This document shows positions 37,318-51,420 of a stretch of 64,000 nucleotides of DNA, piece after piece. Location of the stretch: NCBI RefSeq assembly GCF_006345805.1, contig NW_021832417.1:62001-126000 (forward strand), given 5' to 3'. Positions within the stretch are counted from its first letter, which is position 1, and each line of letters begins with the position of its first letter. The notes under the pieces were generated by a model. That model worked only from the letters and a program-made list of their open reading frames with translations. It was not told where the DNA came from and searched no databases. A program made the position numbers and the translations under genes. Origin of the DNA: Octopus sinensis. Lineage: Eukaryota.

Positions 37318-39002
37318 TGTGTGTGTGTGTGTGTGTATGTATATATATATTTATAATTAAAAACATGGAGAAAAAGACAAGAAAAAATGGGAAGACATAG
37401 CACATGCAAAGTATTAATAAGATCCTCAGAGAAGGAAAAGAGTGGTTGTTTTACATTTTGAGCATAGCTCTAGCTCCTCTTTGGAAACAGGAAACATAGT
37501 AAAGCCCAAAGGAAAAGGAAAAAGAACAAAATTGATAACAACCCATGTGTAGTTACATTTTTGAAATGACCGGGCGTAGGTAAAAGAGAAATTGCTTTCT
37601 GGGACAGGAGAGTGTAAAGAATGGTTGGTATCTGTGTGTATGTATGGTAGCGTATGTGTGTGTGTGCATGTTAGTATGTGTACGTCTGGTGGTAACTGTG
37701 TGTGTGTGATTAACTGTCTGTATATGTTTATGTTTGTGTATGTTAATATTGTAGTGAGAGATCAGCAGCTATAGTAACAAGTGTGTGTATGGATGGGTGT
37801 AGAAGTGTGTGTGTGTCTATGGGTGTTTTAGCATGTGTGCGTAGATGGAATGGTCAATAGTGAGTCAGGGCAGTCTGAAGGGTGTGTGAGATGTATGTAT
37901 ATATATATAACCATTATATAACCATTATATTCCTGGTACCTTTAATATGAGTTATCATGATAGATATCCTGGATTAGAGAACAAAATATTTGTATAAAAG
38001 TCTGGAAATGCTTAGATTTTACAGAAAAGAATAGCAAATACCTACTTGCATGTTGCAGATCTAATCAGTCATTTGTGTTTGATAGACTGACATACATACA
38101 CTTTTCATGTTAATGCATGCATTCACAAATAATAACTCACACTCATATATTTACACAAATACTTGGAATTGTCTTCATTAAAACAGGAAAGCTTTGTCAA
38201 TTTGGTCATGACTGGCTTTGATCCTGTTAAGAAAAATTTGAGCAAATTTTTAGAACATTCACATTCACATTCACACACACATACACAGTCATTCATGCAC
38301 ATATACATGCATGAATGCACTTACAGCCTTGCATGCACATTGCCACATTTGTAACTCTGTCAACCATTCTAAACTTAATTTCTCACAGAATACAACCTTT
38401 CCATCATTTCCTTTCCTTGTATCTTTCAGTATTTTCACTGTGTGAGTTACCTCCTTCATTTATAAACAATCAATCAACCACTGTTGAGTAAAGGCCTTCC
38501 TTGAATTTCTCTATAACCTTTAGGATTAAGATTTTGTTCACTACTTTCTTTTTGTGAAATTTTCTAATACATGTCTCCATCTAATTTGTATTCATTCTCT
38601 GTTTCTTTTTGTGATCTCTCTGAATCCAGTGGGTTTTTTTTTATCCACCTGTTATTATTCCTCCTTGGACATGTCCAGTCAAATTCCATTTCCACAATTT
38701 TGTAATTTTGACAATGTCATTTAGTTTTGTTTTTTGATGAATTCTTCTCATTCATTTTATGGTGTTTCGATGTTATTGTAAACTTAATGATAGCTTATTT
38801 GTTAGCTCACTTGTCAGGTTTCATGATACTGTACCATAACACACAATTTTGATAGGATGCATTGCTTTAAATCAAACTTAGGGACATAAAAAGCAAACTT
38901 CTGACCCCAAAAGGCTTATCAGCTAAAGAGACTGCAGAACCACGAAGCTCTGATAATGAAAGAAAAGATACACCAGTTGGAATATGCTGTTGTCACGTTA
39001 AT

Positions 39003-39211
39003 ATTGGTTTCAAATTTTGGCATATGGTTAGCAGCTTTGCGGGAGGGTCCACACTGACTAAATTAACCCCAGTGCTCAACTGGTACTTATTTTATTGACC
39101 CTGAGGAGATGAAAAGCAAAGTCACCCTTGACAGAATTTGAACTAAGAACATAGAGGCAAATGAAATACTGCTAAGCATCTTGTCTGGTATATCAATGAT
39201 TCTGCCAGCTC
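39003..39211 (-). mobile_element. SINE family B
   Basis: ggtttcaaattttggc...ccccagtgctcaactggtacttatttt...gattctgccagctca. Confidence 0.85.
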
Positions 39212-39359
39212 AATGCTGCTGTTTTCACATTCATCATCATCATCATCGTCGTGGTTGTCATCGTCATCATTTAACGTCCACCTTCAATGGTGACATAGGT
39301 TGGGCATAGTTAAACTATTAGCACCACCACATATTATTATGAATTTTAATTGGGAGCCT

Positions 39360-39675
39360 GAGTCATAGTGAATCTTTCATTAGCTACTGTCCCTACTATC
39401 TTAAAAAAGAGAAGACACATTAAATAGGGTAGCCTTAGATACACTATTCCTGTAAATGAATGCACAATTGCTAATGTGGTTGTCTGACCTGATAGAAATA
39501 GTTGTCAAATCTTACTCATGTTATTCTACTGTCTATAAAAAGAATAGAATACACCGGATAGCTTGATCATACATATACTAAGCATGAAAAAATGAGTGGA
39601 TGGTCATGACTGGAATGCCTTTGACCATAGTTCTACTCAGTCAAGGCTGACATAGGGCTCATCAACAACAACATT
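39360..39675 (+). mobile_element. Repeat family D
   Basis: ccctactatcttaaaaaag...acacatt...tgactggaatgcctttgaccatag...caacaacaac tail. Confidence 0.55.
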
Positions 39676-40310
39676 TTCTTGCTGTGGTCTTTGATGTTGC
39701 TATTACTGCTATTAAATCAATTTGCCATTTGCTTGTTAAATTGAAAGAACTAAAATTCTATTGGTTGTGATAGTAAGCCCTTTAAGTTCAGCTTGTCGAA
39801 ATTTTAATTTCTTTAATAATTCAGTTATTAGACTGTCACTCACGTGAATACTTATAATTCAGTTTTAGATAAAAGCTTATAGGTAAGCTTTTTATAACAT
39901 GATATTGCAGGGAGATTATTTATATGTAAGTTCATTGTATGTCACCTAAAAACCCACAGCTTGTCACTACTGATATGCATGTTGTAGGTTCACCTTTACT
40001 AGTTTATGAGGAAATTTACTATTTTGCCGAGAAGTGTATATGAAGACATGTATCATCTCTGTCATTCTTAGATTCCATCACAGTAGCTACCCTGTCACTC
40101 TGTAAGCCAGGCAGATCATTCAAAGGAATGCAGCTGGCAGAATTGATACATTGACTTGTCATTCTTACAGAAGATATGCAGTGCAAGCATTGCAATCGTG
40201 TTAGATACTGATGCCATCACAGAATTTGGATACTACTACTACTACCAGCACCAGCTCCAGCACCACCAGCACCACCACGTTATACTTTTGTGCAGGAGTA
40301 AGGTCCATAT

Positions 40311-40560
40311 CATCATCATGATTTAACGTCTGTTGCCCATGCTGGCATGGGTTGGACGTTTTGACCAGGGCTGGTAAGCTGGAAGGCTGTACTAGACTCC
40401 AGTCTCATTTGGTATGGTTTTCTATGGCTAGATGCCCTTCCTACTGCTAACCACTCCAAGAGCATAACAGTTGCTTTTACATGCCACCAGCATGGCTGCC
40501 ATTTGCATGACACCAGTTTCTGCCACAACTGCAATTTTGCTCAGCTTGATGGGTCTTCTT
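40311..40560 (-). mobile_element. Repeat family C (RTE 3' UTR-like)
   Basis: catcatcat...tttaacgtc...catgctggcatgggttggac...gatgcccttccta. Confidence 0.8.
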
Positions 40561-40679
40561 TTCAAACACACACACACACACACATATATAGTGAGAAGAT
40601 ATAATTAATTGACTCTACCTCAATATATTACTAGGATTCATTTTGTTGACTCATGATTGGGAAAGACTATTGTAGTTTG

Positions 40680-41010
40680 GCCCTGTTTCAGTCCTGATCC
40701 AGTACAAACCTAGGTTTATGTTATCCACTTATTTTAAAATATTGTTAGATGTGATTTGAAGATATGGTTGCTATTTCTGGCTGATAGGTAACCACAAACA
40801 GGTTCCCTAATGAGTCTCTGTCATGAAAAATTGTAGTTTTTGATTAACCAGATATTAGCCCTGACCAACCAAACTTATGAATGAAGATATTCCAGATGTG
40901 ATCAGTCTGTTTAGTAGTCTCAAATAGCTGTCAAAATCCTACAAGTAGAGTGAGATTTTGAGTGAAATTTGGTAATTAATTCTGGCCAGTTGGGAGACCA
41001 TATTCAAGCC
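40680..41010 (-). mobile_element. Two decayed family D fragments
   Basis: gtgatttgaagatatggttgctatttctgg and gattttgagtgaaatttggt. Confidence 0.4.
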
Positions 41011-43869
41011 CTCTCATTGTCTCATGTGATCAATAAGCTACGTTAGCACCTGCCTTTCTTTAGAAAACATCTGGGGTATAGAAAGAGGAAATATACTGCA
41101 TGATCTTCTGTAAAAAATAAAGCTTACCCAGGTTTGTGCCCTTTAAAACAAGAGTTGGTGAACCAGGATAAATTAACCCAAGTGAGGCGAAAAGGAAATT
41201 CTTGCAGGTAATAAGTACTCATTAGACATAAGTAAAATTATATAAAAATATGTTCCTTGTTATGACAATTTTTTCTTCTGGCAACACTGCATATGTCCAA
41301 TATAATGGGCATGTTTAGGAAACATCATGCCATTTTGAACTATAAACAATTTGGTTGCTTAGGCATTGTCTAGTGACTAAACTGATATTTTTTATCCCTT
41401 ATTTTTTGACACATGTTTTTACTTTGTTTGAGTAGATTTAAGTAGTTATTCAATTGAATTCTTTAATGAAAATAATTGGACTCCGAAGACTGTATCCAAA
41501 TTGTTCAAATGTCAAAATTTCCCAATTTTGATGTAATTGTAACAAAAATAAAACAACATCATTTCTCCAAAACCTGAAGTGAAAATGTTTCTAGAAAAAT
41601 CCTTTAGTTTCATAATGAAGATATTAATTCATTTTAATGTGTTTGTTTTATACTTTTTATATTTATAATTGTATTTTCCATATAAATAGATTCAATAAAC
41701 CTTTTGAATTCAGAGGATCTATTATTTTCTTCCTTTTGAATCAAGGGATAACATCAGTGTAGATAAATATATTTTGAGGTAATTGGTTAAAAATGTTCCC
41801 TGACCCCTGCTTTAGAAGAATTGTCCATAATGCATTGGTTAACTTTGATTGATAGAGGCCTTAAGTGTGAACAGTTGTGTTGAACCTGCCTGTTTGTGAT
41901 CATGAATAACTGTATAATCTGTAAGTGTTTGTGAATGAATGCTCTATATACTTCTGTGTTTTGTGTGTAGCTGTAACCTCTGCATGTGACTATGCATACA
42001 AATGCTTATGTTTGTATTGTAGGCATGTTTGCACATGTGTGCAGCAAGAAGATGTATGTCTCACAAGTGCATATATTCTTATTGTGTGTAGTGGATCTTG
42101 CACGCATGAAGTGGATTCGCTCCACCATAGCCAAATTTAAATTAACACTGCAACAGAACTTTTCCCATGGTGGAACAATGATTTTTCTCTGATAGCAGTT
42201 TTATATTTTCCAGATGCCTTTAGCTAGGCCGAAATAACATCTTCACCACTTGACCCTTTCTTACCTCTTCTACTCACCAAAAGCTAGAATAGAGATAACA
42301 AGACCACCAACTAAATTTATTGTTCTCAATGATATATCTATTCTTCTGGATAGTTATAAAAGCAAGAACACCCAAAGCAAAAGTCAGTCGGTGACAACTC
42401 AACAAGTTCAGTCACATGGTGACAACTCAATGAGAACAAGTTTGGCTGAGCAGCTAGAACCTTGGTCAAAGGGAGAAATGAAGTTTACTGTCAGCAACTA
42501 TGAGACAACACCCTACAACTCTCACTAGCTCTAGTTCTGTTCTTTTACAACATCATCTATCGCTATCTGTGGATTACTACTAACAATTTGGGTATGCCAA
42601 ACTATGCAAAAAAAAAAACAAAAAAATTCTATCACATCTATCTTTCTTTTGCATGCTCTTGGATGTTATAACCTGCCTGTCAAGGTATGGTATTTTTCAA
42701 TGTAACAGTAAATAAATACTTTCTTAAAACTTCATGCATTGTTCATCTTTCACATTCTACAGTATGCAATTATAACAATGAATTTTATCATTACAAATTG
42801 GTGACCCTTGACTTCAACTAAAAACTTTATTGTAACAACTGGTGACCCCAAACAAAAGAATTGCAGCCTTCCCCAGAACCAACCATTACAAACTTGTGAC
42901 CCCAACGTTGCACCATAACAGGTATCACTACAAAAGTAAAACTTCCTCACTTACATGTGTTTCATATATCTATGTTAAGTGTGAATGAGTATAAATGTGT
43001 TCATTTAAGTGAGAATTTATACAACACACACACACACACACACATTCATACATATGCTCTCACATACAAACACATACATGTGCACACACACGTACATATG
43101 CACATGTACCTGAACACAAACACCCCACATACACTCACGCAGACACATTGTGAAGGTAATGAGCCACAGCAAAAAGAAAAGAACACAGAAGGGACTAGTT
43201 TTAACAATACTGTATTACTTAAACTCTTTAGAAGGTAGGGGAACTGTCATAATGTTTGGACTCAAGTTTTCTGTCAGAAGAAAGGTATAAAAGAAAAGTA
43301 AAGAAGAGTTGTGTAAAAAGAAGAGAGAAAAAAAGAGAAAAAAACTGGGCAAGAGGTTAGGATCAGGTGAGAATGTGTTTCTGTGGTGGGTTAGGCTAAG
43401 GAGGGAAGAATGGGCAGGTGTGTGTGGAAGAGTATAGAAGTGTATTCATGTTTTAAGATGGGCAAAAATGTGTGTGTGTGTGTGTGCATGCTTCATCATT
43501 AGGTGTATGAAAGGAAAGTGTGAAAGTGTGAGATAAAAGGAGAGGTGAGAGGAATATGGTTGAGTGATAGAAGTATGTGTAAGTGTTTGATTGTGAGATA
43601 ATGTTATGTGTAAGGAAGTTATGAACAAGTAAGAAGAAAAAGGTTACAATACAATGCTGGTGTAGTAAAAAAAATTACTATTGTGAGGGAAGAAAATTGG
43701 CAAGGTATATGGAGGGGCAAGAGAAATGCGAAAGAGATGAACATGAAATATATAAATGGAAGGGAGAAAAGAAAATTAAGAGAAAAATCAGAAAAAAGGA
43801 ATGAATAGCTAGAAGAGAGAAGAAATGGGTGGTGGTAGGGTTATATTTATAGGCAATGATAGAAGCATG

Positions 43870-45330
43870 GATGATGTGCTGTAGGGACTGAATAGTAGAG
43901 AGGTAGATAAAGGAAAAGAGGATGTGATGAGTAGGATACTAGACAATGGTAGGTTGGAGAGGAGTAAGAGGGTAACTACAGGTCACACATTGAGCTTGCA
44001 TCACATGGTCATGGTTACTAATTCAGAGGCACTGGAGACAGAAGAACTGGAAATAAGAGATGGAGTGCTTGGTGTGAGTGAGATGTGATGAGGAGAAGTC
44101 AAGATAGGAGAAAGAGTATGTTTGTAGAAATTAAAGAGAGGTGGCTGAGTGTAGGTAGTCAATGGGAAGGTGATGCTGAGGAAATGAAGGAAGTTATTGG
44201 AGACAAAGGACATAAATTGAAGAGAGGAATGTAAGAGCTAATGAAGGAAATGAAAGTGTTTAGATCCTCATGAGAAAGAGAGATAGCACTGAAACAGTTG
44301 TATAGCTCAGTAGAGGGACTGGGAGAAGAATTGGGATTCAATATAGCTGACATATAAGCTGGTGTAGTTGTGTTCCATTCACATTCCAATAGCCATTCCA
44401 GTGAACTGTTCTTGCATTTCACCCATGAAGGTGAAGCAGTTAAGGGTAGCATGGGCTTGGTTAAATGAAGGAAAGTAGAGATTCAAGGAGTGAGAAGTGG
44501 TGAAGAGGTTGAGGAAGTGTTTGAGAGGCTGGAGGTCCTCATGGGATGACAATGTATTGGGAGTTGATGTTCATATTGAAAATTAAAGGAAGAAGAAAGA
44601 GTAGACAAAGTGGAGAACATGACCGATGCCAAGGAAGTGGGTGAACAAGGAGAGCATACAAGAGTTCAATGGGGAAGTTACAGGTAGAGATAATAGGGCA
44701 GCTGTAGTTCTGGGCTTATGGATCCTGGGGAGAATGTATGTAGTGGGAGTATGGGGAGTACAGACAATGTGGTTGGAAGCAGTGGAGAGTAGGAGGTAGG
44801 AGGAGATGTGTTAGTGGATGATAGCAGTGGGGTAGTGCTGTCACATAGCTTTGGTTCTGGTGAGGTTGGCCTGCCACACCACCATGGTACCATTCTTGCT
44901 TGCTGGCACCATCATCATGGCATTGAAGGGAATAAAAAGCATTGTGTTCAGCCTAGGAGATGCTAGTGCATCATAAATCCTTTCACAGTAGAAGTGGTCT
45001 GCTGCATGGTGATAAGTATAGGTAAATAGATTCAGGGTACTGAACTGGCCAGGGCTTAGCATACACAGTGATGGTCAGTGACCCAGATCAAGGATGCAGT
45101 CGACTGCATTGTGTATGAAAGGTGTGACACTAAAAATGCAACACATGGTTTGGTGTTGCGCACAAACCATTTGATCCAGGCACAGATCTGGAACTCAATA
45201 ATGGTAGGTATTAGAGATATGAAACACAGGCCATGACTAAGAAGGGAACACTCAGCTTTGAAAAGAGGTAAGTCCAGAAGGTGTGTGACAATACAGGGGC
45301 ATGTGGATGGGTTGGGAGAAATGAGGTTGG
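43870..45330 (-). mobile_element. Decayed Penelope-like RT (third lineage)
   Basis: Ordered remnants across frameshifts: AECSLLSHGLCFI, VPASKNGTMVVW (cf. KPADKGGAVVVW), IHKP..CPIISTC, MNINSQYIVIPH, LNCFTFMGEMQEQFTGMAIG, EDLNTFISF, YLDFSSSH..HTKHSISYFQF. Confidence 0.8.
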
Positions 45331-46528
45331 CCAGTAAGTGGATTTGTGTGGAGTAGGGGGATTGGAGAGATGGGATGGAGGAAGAGAAGCAGAAAAGGTG
45401 GAGGTGGGTTGGAAAAGATGAGTAGGGGATGTTGGAGAGGGAGATGTACATGTAAAATACACATGTATATATAAATATATATATGTGTATGTATGTATGT
45501 GTGTATGTATATGTATATCATATATATCATAAATGTATATATAAAAATCAAGCAAAGCAACATAGCTAGAATGAACAGAAGCAAAATTACAAAGACTAAA
45601 ACTGAATAAAATGCTTTAAATTGCTGACCAATTTTTTGGTTGTTGTCGACACTGTGTCTGGAAGAATGAAGTAGTGAATTATCTTCAAAACTGTGAAATA
45701 CCCAAGTGGCATTAGGCAGACTACAAACTGTTTGTTAATTCCTCTACTTAGATGCTTTACAATGGAATTTCATAGTTTTAGACATTATTTTTAGATTAAA
45801 TTATGGTATTCAGTGTTTTCTGGTAATTCTTTAAAAGAAAAAAGGATATTCGTGTATCTGCATGTGCGAGTGTCTACACACATGCACATGCATATGCACA
45901 CACACACACACGCATGCACACACACACACCACACACACACACAACTGTCACGCCCTTCAAATAGGTATTATGCAAACAAAATAGAATAATTTTTGCTTAA
46001 TAAAAACGAATAAAAATGTTATGCTTAAAACGGAAACGTAATATTAAAAAATAATGTTTACACAACAAAGATAATAATAATAATAATAATCTTCATCATC
46101 ATCATCATCAGAAGAAGAAGATGAAGAAGAAGAATTTTTTCTATCTTTAAATGATAATGATAATATGAAGTTTTATTTTGTTGCAGTTCATAATTCTACA
46201 TCTTTATAAGTTATGGTTATTCATTATTGTTGATAGAAATGTTGTTAATCTTAAAGCTTATATTTCTTGTTCCCTTTCATTGTTGTTTTATGTGTATAGT
46301 ATTGTATAATCATTTCAGATTTGAGCTCTCGTTACACTGTCTATTCGATAGTCTGTGTCTATATACATCCTCACACATATATGCACAGATGCATACATAC
46401 GTATATATATATATATATATATATGGACATACATACATACACAGATATCTACCTACCTACCCACCTACCTACCCATCTATCTACTTACCTATCTACCTAC
46501 TTACCTACCTATCTACTTACCTACATAT

Positions 46529-46723
46529 CTCTTACTCTTTTACTCATTTGACTGCGGCCATGCTGGAGCACCACCTTTAATCGAGCAACTCAACCCCGAG
46601 ACTTATTCTTTTGTAAGCCCAGTACTTATTCTATCGGTCTCTTTTGCCGAACCGCTAAGTAACGGGGACATAAACACGCCAGTATCGGTTGTCAAGCAAT
46701 GCTAGGGGGACAAACACAGACAT

Positions 46724-46754
<31 letters not shown>

Positions 46755-46925
46755 CATATATACGACAGGCTTCTTTCAGTTTCCGTCTACCAAATCCACT
46801 CACAAGGCTTTGGTCGGCCCGAGGCTATAGTAGAAGACACTTGCCCAAGGTGCCACACAGTGGGACTGAACCCGGAACCATGTGGTTGGTAAACAAGCTA
46901 CTTACCACACAGCCACTCCTGTGCC
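46529..46925 (-). mobile_element. SINE family A, full-length young copy
   Basis: CpGs retained; minus head ggcacaggagtggctgtgtggtaag...ccgggttcagtcccac (A/B boxes); (gagtaaaa)-type tail. Confidence 0.92.
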
Positions 46926-47269
46926 TATGTACATACATACCTACAAACACACACACACACACACACACAAACGTATGTATGTACTTGCATACACAAGCAC
47001 ACATTCATATAAATATTTAATAAACACAGGATTTAAATGTGAGATACTATAAGTTTCATGCTCTGATATATATATGGTAATTGGATTGGCCTGTACAGTG
47101 TGCCATGTACGACCCTTCAACCTCACAGGCTCAATATTTATATATGGGGGGAGAGGGGAGAGAGAGGAAGAGAGAGAGGGAGAGAGAGAGGGAGGGAGGG
47201 AGAGGGGGAATATAAATAAATAGATATACATATGAGTGCATATCTATTTATTTATATGAGTGTATATTA

Positions 47270-48440
47270 CTTGTGTACAGATTGCAGAATAATCAAGAGA
47301 ACAGAGGCCATTGAAATAACCGTACAAAGGATAGAGTAAGGAGACAACACGTTCATGGGCCAGATGTTGGTGAATGACACCATACCAATTAATCAGGAGG
47401 ACCTTTTTTGGGTGTTTTAAGGTGTTCATGTATGCTGCAGCAAGTGTGTGAACTGATTGAAAGTTTCACTTGAACTTTGTAGAGAGTTAGCAACGGTTTG
47501 GAACTGAGGTATTTTATTGTCGTGAAGAGGAAGGAGAATAATTGTGATGCAGTTTTTGCTAAGTTGCTAATGTGAGATCATCATATATAACAATCTTAAA
47601 AAAGGTTGTTGCATCTATTTCAAACCAGTGGGGACATATGTGATCATTTTCTTGATGTGTTATAATTGTGTCACTGTGTTGTTGAAAGATTGTCACGCAT
47701 CCTGTTGAAAATGATTTTGAGATCTCAGTTCATGAGTATATAAATTGGATGCAGATGATGCTTATATTTACAAGGTTCGAGTAGAGTAAAAGTATCATCT
47801 GCATAGGAGTGTATGTTGTTGAGTGTAAGGCAAATATATTTTTGATGTACTGGGAAAAAGTGTGAGAGTAGAACTAAAATTTGGGAAAGACCAAACTTGA
47901 TAGAGTGTGGCTCAGTTGTACTTCCTTCAGCTCATATTGTAATGATGGGATTTGAACAAGAAGTTTCCCATCTAAGAGATGAAAGATAGCTGGAACTCAC
48001 AAGCTGACAGCTTTATTAGATTTACCTACTAGATATAACAAAATACTTTGCTGATACAAATGCAGCTGCTGATTGACATGAGAGATTCTGATAGATTCTG
48101 AGATTCAAGAGATTCTGAAGATTTGGATAGATTTAGTTTTACAGAAGTTGTACTGTTAGTCATTGAGGAGGGAGAACAATTAAAGGTTTTGAGAAAGATG
48201 TTTGTTAATCACATTCTCTATCACCTTCAGGTGTTGGAAATGTGAGTGATAGAGTTTTAATTGAGTTTGAGGGATGACACTTTTTTGGAATGGGAAACAC
48301 TAACAATTTCCAAAAGCTGGGATAGCTACCTGAAGAGAATGAGAAATTGAAAGCTATTGCAAAAATAGGAAACAATGCTTGAGAATAGTATAAAAGATAC
48401 TGTCAACACCTGTTGGTTTATGTATCTCTGGGAAGAAACA
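47270..48440 (-). mobile_element. Decayed non-LTR (CR1/L2-group) RT fragment
   Basis: Minus-strand GSYPSFWKLLVFPIPKK, Q YNFCKTKS (cf. QYGFRK.RS), GLSQILVL, NNIHSYADDT (YADD at 47794-47805). Confidence 0.75.
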
Positions 48441-49491
48441 TTAAATCCAATATTGTGACTTTTTTTAGCCCTTGTAGAAAAATAGTGCTCCATTGACTAT
48501 GTATATGATAAATTATTTAAGAGAAATGGTATTATAGCTGCATTACTAACATGAAGGATATTTTATCAACTAATGCCAGTAATATAAACAGAAATATAAA
48601 ATATTCTTTTAAAAGAAAATCTCAATCTAATTTACAAAGCAAGCATTAGTTCAAATTTAAACTATAAGTTTATAACAAAAGCATTACATTATTATGACAG
48701 AGAACAAATTCAAGAAACACTATCTTAATCATTACCACATCCAAAATGAAGAGAATGGAAACGTCATAGCTCTTTCCAGTTATATATGACAGTTGAGGGA
48801 CAGTGATATTGACAGGCTGAAAATCAATTAGGAAATTATGAACTGAGGTATACCATACACTAATGGATAAAGATATTATAACCTTAAATAATCTCATGAA
48901 CTCAAACTACCATCAGAACGAATGATTTGAAATGTTCACTAATTTTCACTATTTATAAAAACTTCTTTTTATAAATTAGAATTAGATGATAATTCCTGAT
49001 AAGAGTGATACTGCAGATTTTGTTGGTGGAATTATAGCAAGTAGGATGTTTATAAAATGCTCTTCTGTGCTTGCAGTACTCAACCTTTTGTTTTACAATA
49101 CCATATTTATAATACTGATCCTATTTTTTTCCAATTTTGTGTTATTATAATTCACTATTTATTACATGTTTTCATACGTGCATATATTATTGTATGCATT
49201 TGTGTGTATTTATGATATTTTTTATGATATATATATATATATATGAACATGCTCTTTGCTTTCAACATTTTCTTTTACTGACATTTAATTGTGCAATACA
49301 CTAATGAGACTTATACAATGTGAAACTATTGTCACCCATTGTTGTTAAATAACCATTACTTGTCTAAAATTATTCTCTGACAATCCCTTTGGCGATTGAC
49401 TTTGTCAGAATGAAACTTAGAGTTGAGAGCAGTCATCTTTAACTACTATATTACAATAAATACATGCAAATACAGATCAAATATCCAAATA

Positions 49492-50195
49492 TCTAATATA
49501 ATAAATGTGAAAACTAACTTCTGTGTGTCAGCGTAGCATACTTTGACCCTTTTCTCACTATTCAGTGACACTCCTACTATCGTTCATGTTGGGGTGAGAG
49601 TAATAGTAGGCATAGAGACAGTAGTAGATTGACGGTTGTGATGATAATGGGGTGATAGTAGTAGTATGAGCTGTAGCTGTAATAGAGGCGGAGGCAACGG
49701 TGGTGGTGTTGGTAGCTGAAACAGTCAGGGACAATGGTGATAGTAAGCAATATGAAAGACAGTGGTGATGGTGGTGGAGGGAAAGGTGGCGAAGTATTGA
49801 TAGTGGTGGCATCAGAAGTTTGAATGCTGTATGTATGGCAGTTGTCGTGGCGATGGTGGTGGTACTGGTGATGGTGATGGTTGAAAACAATCAACAGAAA
49901 GAGAGAGAGAAAGAGAGAAAATGAAAGAGGTTAGGCAGAAAGAAAAATTGTACTAAACCCTGAATGGGAAGATGAAAATGTTGTTTATCATCCAGCTTTG
50001 CAACTAAGTTCCAAGTCGACAAATTATATCATTGTTTTGATGAAAATTCTTCATTGCTTGAAAAATATTGGTCAAGTTTAATAAAGTTTAATATGTATTC
50101 AATGCATGAAGTGTCATTGTTGGGCTCAAGGCCCAATGAGGAGCCTTCTACAGGAGCTAGCTTAAAAGCCATCGATAGGGGAGCTTTTAAGCTAG
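49492..50195 (+). mobile_element. Non-autonomous Helitron
   Basis: A|TCTAATATATAAATGTG 5' end; 3' end with hairpin ctagcttaaaagc/gcttttaagctag terminating CTAG|T; no TSD. Confidence 0.7.
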
Positions 50196-50599
50196 TAAGT
50201 TAATATGTATAAATATTACATGTGTGTGTGTGTATGCAAGTATACATATCATTATCACCATCATTATTATTATGTTTGTTTTCCATGGTGAAAAAACTTA
50301 TGAAGCTAGTATTTTATAGCTGGATGGCCTTTCTCTTACTATTCTTTTCCTGCCTATTAAAGAGAATTTTCTTTATTCTACTGTTCTTCACAAGTTGAAA
50401 CTGCTGAGCAACTGGGAATACTGTTTATACAGCAGATGTGAACACATCACTATCATTTATGTAGTGTTATACAAAGGCATTCCGAAACATTTGTGCACAC
50501 ACACTCTCACTCACAAATACACACACATACACATACGCAGTAGATTTTTGTACACTTTATACTCATCTATATCATTCTGAAGGTATAGGCCTAGACTAA

Positions 50600-50685
50600 G
50601 GCTAACTGGAAGTAGAAGATGCTTGACCAAAGCTCTACACTGTGGGAGTAGAACCTGAAACCACATGGCCATGGGGTGAACTTCA
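50600..50685 (-). mobile_element. SINE family A head, decayed
   Basis: agtagaagatgcttgaccaaag...tgtgggagtagaacctgaaaccacatgg. Confidence 0.55.
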
Positions 50686-51274
50686 TCTCACTTGTTTCCC
50701 AATAAACATTTACAAACACACACATGATTCACAACATTGTTTTTCAAAATTACTCACACATAAAAGTGTGTATATGATTTGTCAGACAATATTTGATGAT
50801 TAAAGTTAAATCTGCAGTGCAGTAGGTAGATGAATTCTTATTTGTCAGGAAGTGACTCATGCTGAAATTTGTTGCAGGCCAAAGATAATTGGACTATTAT
50901 GGTGTTAAAAGAGACTAAATAATAGAAGCCTTTTATCAACAAGGATAACTGCTATGTGATATTTGTTAAATCAAGTGGATATAAATATCTCTTGGTGAAC
51001 ACGAAACTTTCAAGCATCTGAAAGTTATTCCAAAGAAACTGCTTCTGTCGGCAATTGCTGAACATTTTAACTGACCACTTCTTATATGAGAAACTATTGC
51101 CTTCTATGCTTCTCTAGACTGTTACCCAATACATATAACAGCCCCACACATATGCATACACACATATATATATATATATATGTAAATACACATATATATA
51201 GTGATATAAAGAGAGAGAGAGAGAGAGAGAGATGCAGGTGTGGCTAGGGACCAAACATGAAGGCATGAAGAGAC

Positions 51275-51420
51275 ATAGACGTGGCTGTGTGGGTAAGAAG
51301 CTTACTTCTCAAGTATGTGGTCTCACAGTCTCTTTGGATAAGAGTTTTATACAATAGGCTGAAGCTGAGCAAAACTTTATGACTGGATTTAGTAGACAGA
51401 AACTGAAAGAAACCCATCAT
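51275..51420 (+). mobile_element. SINE family A, 5' half
   Basis: cgtggctgtgtgggtaagaagcttacttc...gacagaaactgaaagaaaccc. Confidence 0.7.

Noticed and set aside
41063-41210. Acceptor and donor pair on the + strand
   Set aside because: Stops in all frames.
42250-42530. Possible LINE endonuclease remnant with a ggtgacaactcaa duplication
   Set aside because: Only a faint GD.N-like resemblance; too decayed to call.
49074-49434. Possible hAT MITE (cagtactcaacc ... gttgagagcagt)
   Set aside because: TIRs too degenerate and no TSD.
49558-49894. Thr/His-rich minus-strand ORFs
   Set aside because: Degenerate trinucleotide cargo inside the Helitron.
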